64,000 nucleotides of DNA from NCBI RefSeq assembly GCF_003790525.1, contig NZ_CP033635.1; one strand, 5' to 3'. Positions 35,504 to 44,722 of the stretch are shown here, piece by piece (position 1 is the stretch's first letter; every line of letters starts with the position of its first letter). Source of the stretch: Escherichia coli (GTDB lineage: Bacteria > Pseudomonadota > Gammaproteobacteria > Enterobacterales > Enterobacteriaceae). Both the position numbers and the translations under genes were made by a program. A model generated the notes under the pieces. That model had not been told where the DNA came from and did no database searches. It saw only the letters and a list, made by a program, of their open reading frames with translations.

Positions 35504-36418
35504 ATGCACTCAATAAAAAAAGTAACCATGCTCCTGGGGTGCCTCGCCCTCACCTGCTCGATAGCATTTCAGGCGAGTGCAACTGAAAAATTCAAGGTCA
35601 TTACAACATTTACCATCATCGCAGATATGGCCAAAAACGTGGCTGGAGATGCTGCAGAAGTCTCATCCATAACCAGGCCCGGTGCAGAAATTCATGAGTA
35701 TCAGCCTACCCCTGGCGATATTAAACGTGCGCAGGGGGCACAACTGATTCTCGCCAACGGTATGAATCTGGAATTGTGGTTCCAGCGCTTTTACCAGCAT
35801 CTCAGTGGGGTTCCAGAAGTGATTGTCTCTTCGGGTGTGACGCCAGTAGGGATCACCGAAGGCCCCTACGAGGGAAAACCTAACCCTCATGCCTGGATGT
35901 CGCCAGATAATGCTTTGATTTACGTCGATAATATTCGTGATGCGTTGATAAAATACGATCCGGCAAATGCAAAAACATACCAACGTAATGCCGATACTTA
36001 TAAAGCCAAGATTACCCAAACCCTTGCCCCCCTGCGTAAGCAGATTGCTGAACTCCCTGAGAATAAAAGATGGATGGTCACCAGTGAAGGGGCTTTTTCT
36101 TATCTCGCACGCGATTTGGGGCTAAAAGAGCTTTATCTGTGGCCGATAAATGCCGATCAACAAGGAACACCCCAGCAGGTACGTAAAGTGGTTGATATAG
36201 TGAAGAAAAATAATATCCCAGCGGTATTTAGTGAGAGTACGGTTTCCGATAAACCAGCGCGTCAGGTTGCGCGTGAAACCGGCGCACACTACGGCGGTGT
36301 GCTCTATGTCGATTCCCTGAGCACAGAAAACGGCCCGGTACCTACGTATATCGACCTTCTGAAGGTTACTACCAGTACGCTGGTGCAGGGAATTAAAGCC
36401 GGGAAAAGGGAGAAGTAA
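35504..36418 (+). CDS. sitA: metal (Mn/Fe) ABC transporter periplasmic binding protein, SitA/YfeA/MntC (TroA) family
   Basis: 304-aa ORF with signal peptide and TroA-like metal-binding fold; Fur and MntR boxes upstream as in sitABCD/yfeABCD operons. Confidence 0.75.
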   Translation: MHSIKKVTMLLGCLALTCSIAFQASATEKFKVITTFTIIADMAKNVAGDAAEVSSITRPGAEIHEYQPTPGDIKRAQGAQLILANGMNLELWFQRFYQHLSGVPEVIVSSGVTPVGITEGPYEGKPNPHAWMSPDNALIYVDNIRDALIKYDPANAKTYQRNADTYKAKITQTLAPLRKQIAELPENKRWMVTSEGAFSYLARDLGLKELYLWPINADQQGTPQQVRKVVDIVKKNNIPAVFSESTVSDKPARQVARETGAHYGGVLYVDSLSTENGPVPTYIDLLKVTTSTLVQGIKAGKREK

Positions 36419-36552
36419 TGATGCAATCTGCGGGTATTGTCGTTAATGGCGTTACTGTCACCTGGCGAAACGGGCAGAAAGCACTGCGCGATGCATCCTT
36501 CACAGTACCAGGCGGATCTATTGCCGCTCTGCTTGGGGTAAACGGTTCCGGT
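36418..36552 (+). pseudogene. truncated metal ABC transporter ATPase (sitB-like), first ~45 codons only
   Basis: ATGA overlap with sitA stop; N-terminus typical of an ABC ATPase (VTVTWRNGQKALRDASFTVPGGSIAALLGVNGSG) breaks inside Walker A (GSGE in place of GSGKST); downstream sequence is unrelated. Confidence 0.7.
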
Positions 36553-36900
36553 GAAATCGTCTTGACACGTTTCTGGGCTCGTCATCAGCGGTTGTTGCGA
36601 ATGATCGCCGCCCTGCGATGGTTGATTTATTTTATTGCGCCCCGGCGTCTGCCTTGCCAGGTACCGGAGGCGGGCTCTGAAGGACTGAGTAGGGTGAGCG
36701 CGTCAGGCCGCGAAGTACTGACACGGGAGTTTGTGGCAGGCAGTGAAGTCCTGACCAGGGTAAGGGAGGCGCTGACGTGCAGGTCCTGACTGTCAGCCAG
36801 GCGCATGGTGACTGACTTTCTCAATAACCCGCTGTCAGGCGCTCAACGCCCGACAGCAGGCCATGGCCCGGTGTGCAAAGACCTGACGGCAGGTGTTGTG

Positions 36901-37221
36901 TCACCCGGAGAAGGTAAATCCCTCAAGAGGCAGCAGCTCAGCCAGTCGGTCCTCAGGCCACTCCGGCAGGCGCGTCAGTACGTCCGTCAGCCAGGCATGT
37001 GGCTCCAGACCATTACGCTTTGCTGTTTCCAGAAGACTCATTATCTGTGCCGCGCGTTTGCCGGCCATCAGCGAGCCTGCGAATAACCATGCCTTTCGCC
37101 CCAGCGTGACCGGGCGGATGGCTCGTTCGCAGATATTGTTGTCCGGTGGCACAGAGCCATCATCCAGAAAACGGCACAGCTCATCAGGTCGTTTCAGGAT
37201 ATAGCTGATAGCCTTATGCAA
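36901..37221 (-). pseudogene. IS66-family transposase C-terminal fragment
   Basis: NNICERAIRPVTLGRKAWLFAGS...LLETAKRNGLEPHAWLTDVLTRLPEWP matches the conserved IS66 TnpC C-terminal region; N-terminal two-thirds missing. Confidence 0.65.
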
Positions 37222-37694
37222 TGGACTGTCTGGCGGACCGCCTGCTCCTGCTCTTGACGGTTTTTTGCCTTGTATATCAGGTTATAGACGAGAAGATTGT
37301 CGTCTTCGTGGTTTCCGTCAGGAAAAGAGAATGCTCAAAAGTGTATAGTAAGGCGGTCAAACGCATTCGCTGAAATAAGATGTGTCACTTCAGCTTTGCG
37401 TTAACACGACTATTTTTCATCACTCAAGCGGTAGTCCCGGTGACTCACACGTATACGAGTCACCGCTTCAGATTTGAGTATCCGAATTTAAATCAGGGAC
37501 ACAATGGAAGAAGCGAACACTTTCGCATCCTCTTCCTGCAATTCGCAGACTGTCACTCTGCGTCCAGTTCCCTCTTTCCTCAGCAGGTACCAACGCCAGG
37601 CTCCCGACAAAGGTTGACCTGAAACGACCAAATACACAGGAAACAAAATACTGTCAGACAGAACGAGGCGTGCTATACATCACGCCTCAATGCT

Positions 37695-38684
37695 TCAGTG
37701 GCTGATTTTTTTCAGCTGTTCTTCACTCAATCCCGTGATTTTCATGATGGTCTGAAGCCCCATTCCTTCAGCCAACATATTACGCGCCGTTTCCAGTTTG
37801 CCTTCCAGTTGTCCTTCGAGTCGCCCTTCGGCACGGCCTTCCATTCTGCCTTCCATTCTGCCTTCTAGCTTACCGCGCTCCATACCCTGGGCAATACCGC
37901 GCTCAAATCCCTTGACTTCCCCTTCCTGCTTCAGTTGTTCAGCCAGTGTCATTATGTTGCCCTCATGCTGTGGCAGCCGCTCCGCCAGCGTCTGCAAAAA
38001 CCTTACCGTCACATGTTCACTGCCGTTCAGCAGATAGTGGAACAGAGCCTTCGCCAGCTCTTCATTCAGTGAAGTCTGTATCAGCTGAACCAGCCTGTCC
38101 ATCTGCAGCATGATGTCGCGGCTGCGGCTGTGTTTCATCAGCAGCGTCAGTGCCCCCATTCGGCGGTGTTGCATTATCTCATCGTCATCCAGTACCGTCA
38201 CGTCCACCAGGTGGAACGGTCTGGTGTAGATTTTAGCAGCAAGTTCCGGATTTCTGAAACACTCCAGCCAGTTCATGCTGTACGGGTACGGGCTCCGCTC
38301 ACCGTGGTAGAATAACAGCGGGATCACCAGCGGCAGCTCATGGTGCTGTTCAAAGTGACGCTGCATCGCCGCCACCGCATATCTGAGCATCCTGAACGCC
38401 ATAAACGCGTTTTCCGTACTCTGGTGTTCCGCGAGGCAATAAATATACCCCTCCTCACCGCTGACGGTCTTCATGCTGAACAGCGCATCGCACGCATACT
38501 GTTTCAGATCCTGGTCCACAAAGGTACAGGGCTCCAGCCGCAGCGTCGACAGATCACACAACTGCCGGTATTCCGCCGGAAGATGCAGTTCAACAAAATC
38601 ACGGGCCACCTCTGCTGAGGCCATAAACGCCCTGAAGGCGGCATCATGCGGCGTGGGCGTATTTTTCTCTTTCCTGCTGCTCAC
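37695..38684 (-). CDS. Rpn-family (YhgA-like) recombination-promoting nuclease / PD-(D/E)XK putative transposase
   Basis: 329-aa ORF with characteristic Rpn N-terminus (HDAAFRAFMASAEVARDFVELHLP) and C-terminal EGR(M/A/L) tetrapeptide repeats. Confidence 0.7.
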   Translation of the reverse strand: MSSRKEKNTPTPHDAAFRAFMASAEVARDFVELHLPAEYRQLCDLSTLRLEPCTFVDQDLKQYACDALFSMKTVSGEEGYIYCLAEHQSTENAFMAFRMLRYAVAAMQRHFEQHHELPLVIPLLFYHGERSPYPYSMNWLECFRNPELAAKIYTRPFHLVDVTVLDDDEIMQHRRMGALTLLMKHSRSRDIMLQMDRLVQLIQTSLNEELAKALFHYLLNGSEHVTVRFLQTLAERLPQHEGNIMTLAEQLKQEGEVKGFERGIAQGMERGKLEGRMEGRMEGRAEGRLEGQLEGKLETARNMLAEGMGLQTIMKITGLSEEQLKKISH

Positions 38685-38918
38685 TGTTTATCTCTTCTGA
38701 ACCAGGTAACATTAACAGAACATGTTTCAGGATATCCGCGCAGTGCGGAACATTACGGCTCACCACTGTGACGGCGGATCATCGCCACCCAGTATCCGAC
38801 AGACCCCTTACTTTGTTCGTAAACATCCTTCCTGCCCCCCTGAATCTCCAGACAACCAATATCACTTAAATAAGTGATAGTCTTAATACTAGTTTTTAGA
38901 CTAGTCATTGGAGAACAG

Positions 38919-39284
38919 ATGATTGATGTCTTAGGGCCGGAGAAACGCAGACGGCGTACCACACAGGAAAAGATCGCAATTGTTCAGCAGAGTTTTGAAC
39001 CGGGAATGACGGTCTCCCTTGTAGCCCGGCAACACGGTGTGGCAGCCAGCCAGCTATTTCTCTGGCGCAAGCAATACCAGGAGGGAAGTCTTACTGCTGT
39101 GGCCGCAGGAGAACAGGTCGTTCCTGCCTCTGAACTTGCTGCTGCCATGAAGCAGATTAAAGAACTCCAGCGCCTGCTCGGCAAAAAAACGATGGAAAAT
39201 GAACTCCTCAAAGAAGCCGTTGAATATGGACGGGCAAAAAAGTGGATAGCGCACGCGCCCTTATTGCCCGGGGATGGGGAGTAA
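38919..39284 (+). CDS. insC: IS2 transposase OrfA (InsC)
   Basis: [56 protein letters not shown]...; ORF-track ORF trimmed to Met 16. Confidence 0.9.
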
Positions 39285-40147
39285 GCTTAGTCAGCCGTTG
39301 TCTCCGGGTGTCGCGTGCGCAGTTGCACGTCATTCTCAGACGAACCGATGACTGGATGGATGGCCGCCGCAGTCGTCACACTGATGATACGGATGTGCTT
39401 CTCCGTATACACCATGTTATCGGAGAGCTGCCCACGTATGGTTATCGTCGGGTATGGGCGCTGCTTCGCAGACAGGCAGAACTTGATGGTATGCCTGCGA
39501 TCAATGCCAAACGTGTTTACCGGATCATGCGCCAGAATGCGCTGTTGCTTGAGCGAAAACCTGCTGTACCGCCATCGAAACGGGCACATACAGGCAGAGT
39601 GGCTGTGAAAGAAAGTAATCAGCGATGGTGCTCTGACGGGTTCGAGTTCCGCTGTGATAACGGAGAAAAACTGCGAGTCACGTTCGCGCTGGACTGCTGT
39701 GACCGTGAGGCACTGCACTGGGCGGTCACTACGGGCGGCTTCAACAGTGAAACAGTACAGGACGTCATGCCAGGAGCGGTGGAACGCCGCTTCGGCAACG
39801 ATCTTCCGGCGTCTCCAGTAGAGTGGCTGACGGATAATGGTTCATGCTACCGGGCTAATGAAACACGGCAGTTTGCCCGGATGTTGGGGCTTGAACCGAA
39901 GAGCACGGCGGTGCGGAGTCCGGAGAGTAACGGCATAGCAGAGAGCTTCGTGAAAACGATAAAGCGTGACTACATCAGTATCATGCCTAAACCAGACGGG
40001 TTAACGGCAGCAAAGAACCTTGCAGAGGCGTTCGAGCATTATAACGAATGGCATCCGCATAGTGCACTGGGTTATCGCTCGCCACGGGAATATCTGCGGC
40101 AGCAGGCCAGTAATGGGTTAAGTGATAACAGGTGTCTGGAAATATAG
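39242..40147 (+). CDS. insD: IS2 transposase OrfB (InsD), DDE catalytic subunit
   Basis: 301-aa ORF overlapping insC in the -1 frame, as in IS3-family frameshift arrangement. Confidence 0.9.
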
Positions 40148-40291
40148 GGGCAAATCCACCTGAATCTGAGGCAGCACCTGGCACGGCTGGGACGGAAGTC
40201 GCTGTCGTTTTCAAAATCGGTGGAGCTGCATGACAAAGTCATCAGGCATTATCTGAACATAAAACACTATCAATAAGTTGGAGTCATTACC

Positions 40292-40441
40292 GTGTTCCCG
40301 ACAGACGACTCGGTGAAAAAAGTGGTGTGGCTGGCAATCCAGTCTGCGTCCCAGAAATGGACGATGCCGTTGAAGGACTGGCGAATGGCAATGAGCCGCT
40401 TTATTATCGAGTTCGGTGACCGCCTGGACGGTCACTTCTGA
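40292..40441 (+). pseudogene. IS256-family (mutator-type) transposase C-terminal remnant
   Basis: VFPTDDSVKKVVWLAIQSASQKWTMPLKDWRMAMSRFIIEFGDRLDGHF* matches the conserved C-terminal tail of IS256-family transposases; immediately right of IS2. Confidence 0.6.
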
Positions 40442-40473
40442 GAAAAGGCATTTACACAGAATCCTAAACAGGC

Positions 40474-41211
40474 TCATGTACAGCGCTGTACCGGGCAATG
40501 GGTAATACCGGTCACAACCGGTAACCCCAGAGACAATGCAACTGTTTTTAACGCAATATACTGGCCGGATGTATCACCCCGGGCAGCCTGAAAACACCTT
40601 TCCACCCGGCATTGTCCGTCAGCACTTATCACCCGCCATGTCTGTTGCAATAAATCCACCCGTTGCGAACATTCTTCATCAACCGTGGCACTGACCCGTG
40701 GATGGCAAATGCTCGTCTGGCTGAGCAGCAACAGGCATCGCATTGTTGCTCCTCCATGTTGTTCCCGCAACCAGCGTAATACCACCGGTGGTGCTGGACT
40801 GGCCGTGTGATTACGTTCAGTAATACGCTCGTGCACCTGTCGGTAAAAGGAAGTACAGAATGCATGAATCTGTTGTCCGTTGATGTTTCCTTCTGCCGAA
40901 TGGAGTGTGAAGTGGACGGCCAGCAGACGCGGCCAGTGATCCACCGCCTGCTGAATAAAACGCCGGATTTCCACCGGCTCTGAAAGTACGGTTTCGGTTA
41001 TTTGCACGATTTGATCCCCTTGAATGTTGCTGAACCGGTGTCGGTACGCAGGAAAGCACGCCGAGACCGGTACGATGCCTGTTACAGCGAAGAACGAGGA
41101 ATGACAGACGGGGGCAGCAGGTCGCCAGCACCAGGGACAGGGCTGATTTCCACAATACCAACGCTGGTATTTTGCACATTGCCAGCGTACCGGCATTACA
41201 ACACGTTTCAT
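40474..41211 (-). CDS. hypothetical protein, weakly YagK/YfjJ-like (third paralog)
   Basis: 259-aa ORF trimmed to Met 15; central segment RLLAVHFTLHSAEG... resembles the RVDLRFP-type region of the two adjacent YagK/YfjJ-like proteins; competing frames exist. Confidence 0.4.
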   Translation of the reverse strand: MKRVVMPVRWQCAKYQRWYCGNQPCPWCWRPAAPVCHSSFFAVTGIVPVSACFPAYRHRFSNIQGDQIVQITETVLSEPVEIRRFIQQAVDHWPRLLAVHFTLHSAEGNINGQQIHAFCTSFYRQVHERITERNHTASPAPPVVLRWLREQHGGATMRCLLLLSQTSICHPRVSATVDEECSQRVDLLQQTWRVISADGQCRVERCFQAARGDTSGQYIALKTVALSLGLPVVTGITHCPVQRCT

Positions 41212-41432
41212 GCTGCTGCCCCTCGTGATGCCTCGATTCGTTGCTGCATCCACTGCTCCACTTCACTTTTGTACCAGCGGCTGCTGCGCCCCAGTTTGAT
41301 GGGTTTAGGGAAATGGCCTTCACTGATCAGCTTGTAAAACCATTTGTCGGTCATACCAGTGAAGCTGGTGATGTAGTTCATGTCGATCAGGGGATCGTCG
41401 GCACGCAGCAATACGCTGTCGTGACCTGTCAT
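41208..41432 (-). CDS. alpA: AlpA-family (P4 Vis-like) transcriptional regulator
   Basis: Small ORF with FTGMTDKWFYKLISEGHFPKPIKLGRSSRWYKSEVEQWM, the AlpA/Vis HTH signature; start codon uncertain (Met 5 or Met 22). Confidence 0.7.
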   Translation of the reverse strand: MTGHDSVLLRADDPLIDMNYITSFTGMTDKWFYKLISEGHFPKPIKLGRSSRWYKSEVEQWMQQRIEASRGAAA

Positions 41433-41512
41433 TGAGGTCAACATGGTCAGAATGTCCTCTGTGAGATTTATGAATGTTGGGCAAATGCGGGTGAATCTGC
41501 TGAGCTGAGCTT

Positions 41513-42115
41513 TCAGAGCTGGCCTGCTACGGGATACCAGGGATTACCGGCGAGGTAACGGGCTTCCGGATCGCGCACACCACGACGATCGCGGGCGAAA
41601 TCACTGAACGCCCATATCAGCTCTTTGAGTCTCTCTTCGCAGTCCGGTGAACAACTGTCCAGCACCACATCCCGGGTTATCTGTTTCTGGTACGGTGCCG
41701 CTTCACCCGGTGAGGCGAAGCCCAGCACGTTGCTCCAGGCATCCAGAATCAGCCGATCCAGTTCAGGGCCGTCGAAATACTCCTGCCTGACGCACAGCAC
41801 CACGTGGTATTCCGGCTTTTCAGGATGACGTGTCAGGAGCCAGCAGAGGTCACGTCCGGGGGTTGCATTCATCAGGTCACTGACGGTTTCAATAAAGGCC
41901 ATACCGAACCAGGTCCTGCGGCTGCTGAAGGTATTATCGGGTTCCCACGGCAGACGAAGCAGGATACGTCGTATCCGGGAGCCGGACTGCTCACGCAGCG
42001 CACGGTCAAGAACGCCAATAACTTTGTTCTGATACGAGGGCCAGAAGGGTGCCATGCTGTCGTCGAAATAAGAGAAAGTATTCACAGGATATGCTCCGTT
42101 ATGCGCAGCCCACAA
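41513..42115 (-). CDS. YagK/YfjJ-family protein (inovirus Gp2-like domain)
   Basis: 200-aa ORF, TTG start; island-associated family typically next to alpA. Confidence 0.6.
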   Translation of the reverse strand: MWAAHNGAYPVNTFSYFDDSMAPFWPSYQNKVIGVLDRALREQSGSRIRRILLRLPWEPDNTFSSRRTWFGMAFIETVSDLMNATPGRDLCWLLTRHPEKPEYHVVLCVRQEYFDGPELDRLILDAWSNVLGFASPGEAAPYQKQITRDVVLDSCSPDCEERLKELIWAFSDFARDRRGVRDPEARYLAGNPWYPVAGQL

Positions 42116-42417
42116 CGCGTCCTGCCCGGGGATGGATGGGCTGACGGGTTACAGGCTGCGGATGAGGTTGATGGAACAGGTGAAGAACCGACGCTGAGCG
42201 GGAATATCAGGGAAGAACATTCAGGGTGAATGAACTCCGTTGACTTCGGTTCACATCATTAAGCAGGGCGGTAAGGTTTTACCGACAGATTGTTTCCGGG
42301 TGCGGAAGCAGATACCGCTGCTGACTTCATGACGGGTTATCAGAATACGGGATAAGGGCATTGGCTGACTCTCTTACCGTGGCATAAGTTCAGGTACCGG
42401 ATACCGTTTTACCGACC

Positions 42418-43149
42418 TCACCTGCCATCCAGCAAACGCCCCGGCCCACGGCTGCAACCATAATTACGCTGACCGGAACCATTATGCTGCTTCGTTTTAT
42501 TTTTCACGAGATAACTGGCTCTGTTCCTGGCTTTCTGCATCGCTGCCACATCACCACGCTTGATCCAGAGAACAGCGGCTTCACCCGGCTTTTTTTCTGA
42601 AGCCTTCCTGGTATCAGAACATCCACCCGACAAAGGCGTGTCATCGGAAGAAGGGCGAGCATCAGACGATGCTGGTTTACGAAAAGGCTTCCACCTGGAA
42701 AAATGGACCAGGCCATCGCCTTGCCAGGGCTCAAGATGCAGAGCGCTGCACCATGCCTCCTGGATCATCGCCGCCAGCGAAGACGGTTCGCTGAAATCCC
42801 CGAGCGAGCACCAGGTATCTTTGTTGAGCAGCAATATCACGTGATAATGTTTCCTGTTTTCTTCCTCTCCGAACTCCCGGCACCAGAAATAACGCAGGCT
42901 GGTTGCATGCACACGCTGACTGGCACGTCGCTTATGCTGCTGGTAAGCCTGGATTTTGGCTTTCAGGGATTCGAAAAAACGAGAAATCACCGCTGAATCC
43001 GGATCGGGATCCATGATGGTGACAGGCATATACTCAGGGAAACGTAAATCCACCCGGATTAACGAGACGGCACGGTGCTGCGACAGGGCACTGTCGAGAA
43101 GGCTGTCAAAACGGGATAACCAGTAAGCATTGTGTATTGGTTGATTCAT
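42418..43149 (-). CDS. YagK/YfjJ-family protein (inovirus Gp2-like domain)
   Basis: 243-aa ORF; ...SLIRVDLRFPEY... motif; paralog of 41513..42115. Confidence 0.65.
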   Translation of the reverse strand: MNQPIHNAYWLSRFDSLLDSALSQHRAVSLIRVDLRFPEYMPVTIMDPDPDSAVISRFFESLKAKIQAYQQHKRRASQRVHATSLRYFWCREFGEEENRKHYHVILLLNKDTWCSLGDFSEPSSLAAMIQEAWCSALHLEPWQGDGLVHFSRWKPFRKPASSDARPSSDDTPLSGGCSDTRKASEKKPGEAAVLWIKRGDVAAMQKARNRASYLVKNKTKQHNGSGQRNYGCSRGPGRLLDGR

Positions 43150-44722
43150 GATGAGAGATCTCCGTTGATTTGGATTGACTTCACATCATTAATCACCGCG
43201 GTAAAACTTTACGGCATCATGTCATTAAGCAATGCTACAACTCTCTGATTAAGAGTGATTGAAACGGAACAAACCATCCCGGAACGAAAAGATAATCCTG
43301 CACACAGCAGCAAAACACGCAACAACAGCATGAATGGATTTAAAAACGACATGGACGACGAGAAAAGCCTGAAGGGAAAAGGATCCACAGAACATTCGAA
43401 CAAAACACCAGAAACGCAACCAGAACGCTTCCTGGCAATGCAAATCAACAACAACACCAAAACCTACAGCTTAATCACACAACTCAATCACGAATGCGAA
43501 TGACACGTTTAAAACCTGTTTACAGATAACGTCGTAACAAGATCATCCCCATCAGAATCGATTTTCTTATCTTGAGTATGTTACTTTTCAACATACCTAA
43601 ACGATTAACCACCGATAACGTAAATCTCATCTGAATCAAAACACCAAAACCAATCATCACGTTTTCGACAGAAGAAAAACACCACATCATGACAAAAAGA
43701 ATGACCTTACACGGAAAAGAAAAACGTCAGGAATCGTTAATGCATACCTCAATCTGATTGTTATCAAAACATCCAGAAAGTCGTTTAACAGAATCGTCGT
43801 AAGCACATCGAAAAGAACGTCAGATCACCTCAGGAAAGTTCGGGTTGATTTAGCGTAAAGATACTTTTCTCAGCTTAACGTCGAAACACAAACCAAAAAC
43901 CACAAACAACCAAAGCTCAGGAAAGGTTAAACGTCACATCAGTAAAATCGAATAGCAGATTGATTGCTTAAACAGGAAGGATTGTTTTACAGCAGCATTA
44001 AACTGATTTAGTTAACGTAAAATCAGAACTGACAGGTTTACTAACTTGGATGTGTATCAGTTCAAAAATGTGTACAGCAATGCGTAATGAAACACATTTA
44101 AAGGAGATTAATGGGAAAAGTGTGTAAATGCGTAAACATGCACTAATGAATCACTGAAGGAATACATACAAAACGACTTAATGAAAACATAAAAGGACCT
44201 AATGGAAAAGGTGTATATAATACCATATCCGACATTCTCAACATCTTAAGACATCCATGCAGACTGAATGTTGGTTTCAGTTTTTCACGGTAAGCATGAA
44301 TCTTTTCTGTTCAAAAGCAGAGCAGATTTACTCTGGAATTATTTTTCTTACTCCGTATTCTGTACAGCAAAAACTTGTGCTAACTTTACAGCAAACCATC
44401 ATAATCAGCGTCTGTAGTCCCATCGCTTTACCCCATGAAAGTGAATCCATATGATGCGAGAGAGATAAGTCATCGTATCCGGTAAACACTGCTAACCATA
44501 ACATAAGATCATTCAGTCAGTTTTATCTCTGAACTGACGATTATGGCATGCTCATTTATATGGCTCACAGAGGAGTGTTATTATCTGTAAGCTTTAATCA
44601 TCAAATCACATGACCATACCAAACTGGCGCTATATCAGCTCATTTGACACCCCTTCCCTTTAGATTTCTTTATGTGTTTTTTGTCGATAATTAAAATGTA
44701 ATATGAATTTAATATTTTTACA

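Larger units (their letters stand above)
38828..40158 (+). mobile_element. insertion sequence IS2 (IS3 family), apparently intact, ~1331 bp
   Basis: Terminal inverted repeats (...cccctgaatctccagacaaccaatatcacttaa / ttaagtgataacaggtgtctggaaatataggggcaaatcca) and insC/insD with sequences I recognise as IS2. Confidence 0.9.

Noticed and set aside
36553-36789. Continuation of the sitB-like ORF to 36789 (123 aa)
   Set aside because: ABC-ATPase similarity stops inside Walker A at about codon 45; the remainder is Arg-rich read-through into IS-derived DNA.
40817-41323. 168-aa alternative frame overlapping alpA and the YagK-like gene
   Set aside because: Overlaps the AlpA HTH frame and lacks the RVDLRFP-like motif seen in the chosen frame; composition not protein-like.
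43255-43503. 82-aa low-complexity ORF (Lys/Asn/Glu/Thr-rich) in the A-rich region
   Set aside because: Its composition simply mirrors the A-rich strand bias and there is no RBS or family match; the region is treated as non-coding in the findings.
43150-44722. Possible CRISPR array or retron ncRNA in the ORF-free region
   Set aside because: The repeats are short, irregular and not spaced like repeat-spacer units; no cas genes or reverse transcriptase ORF are adjacent.
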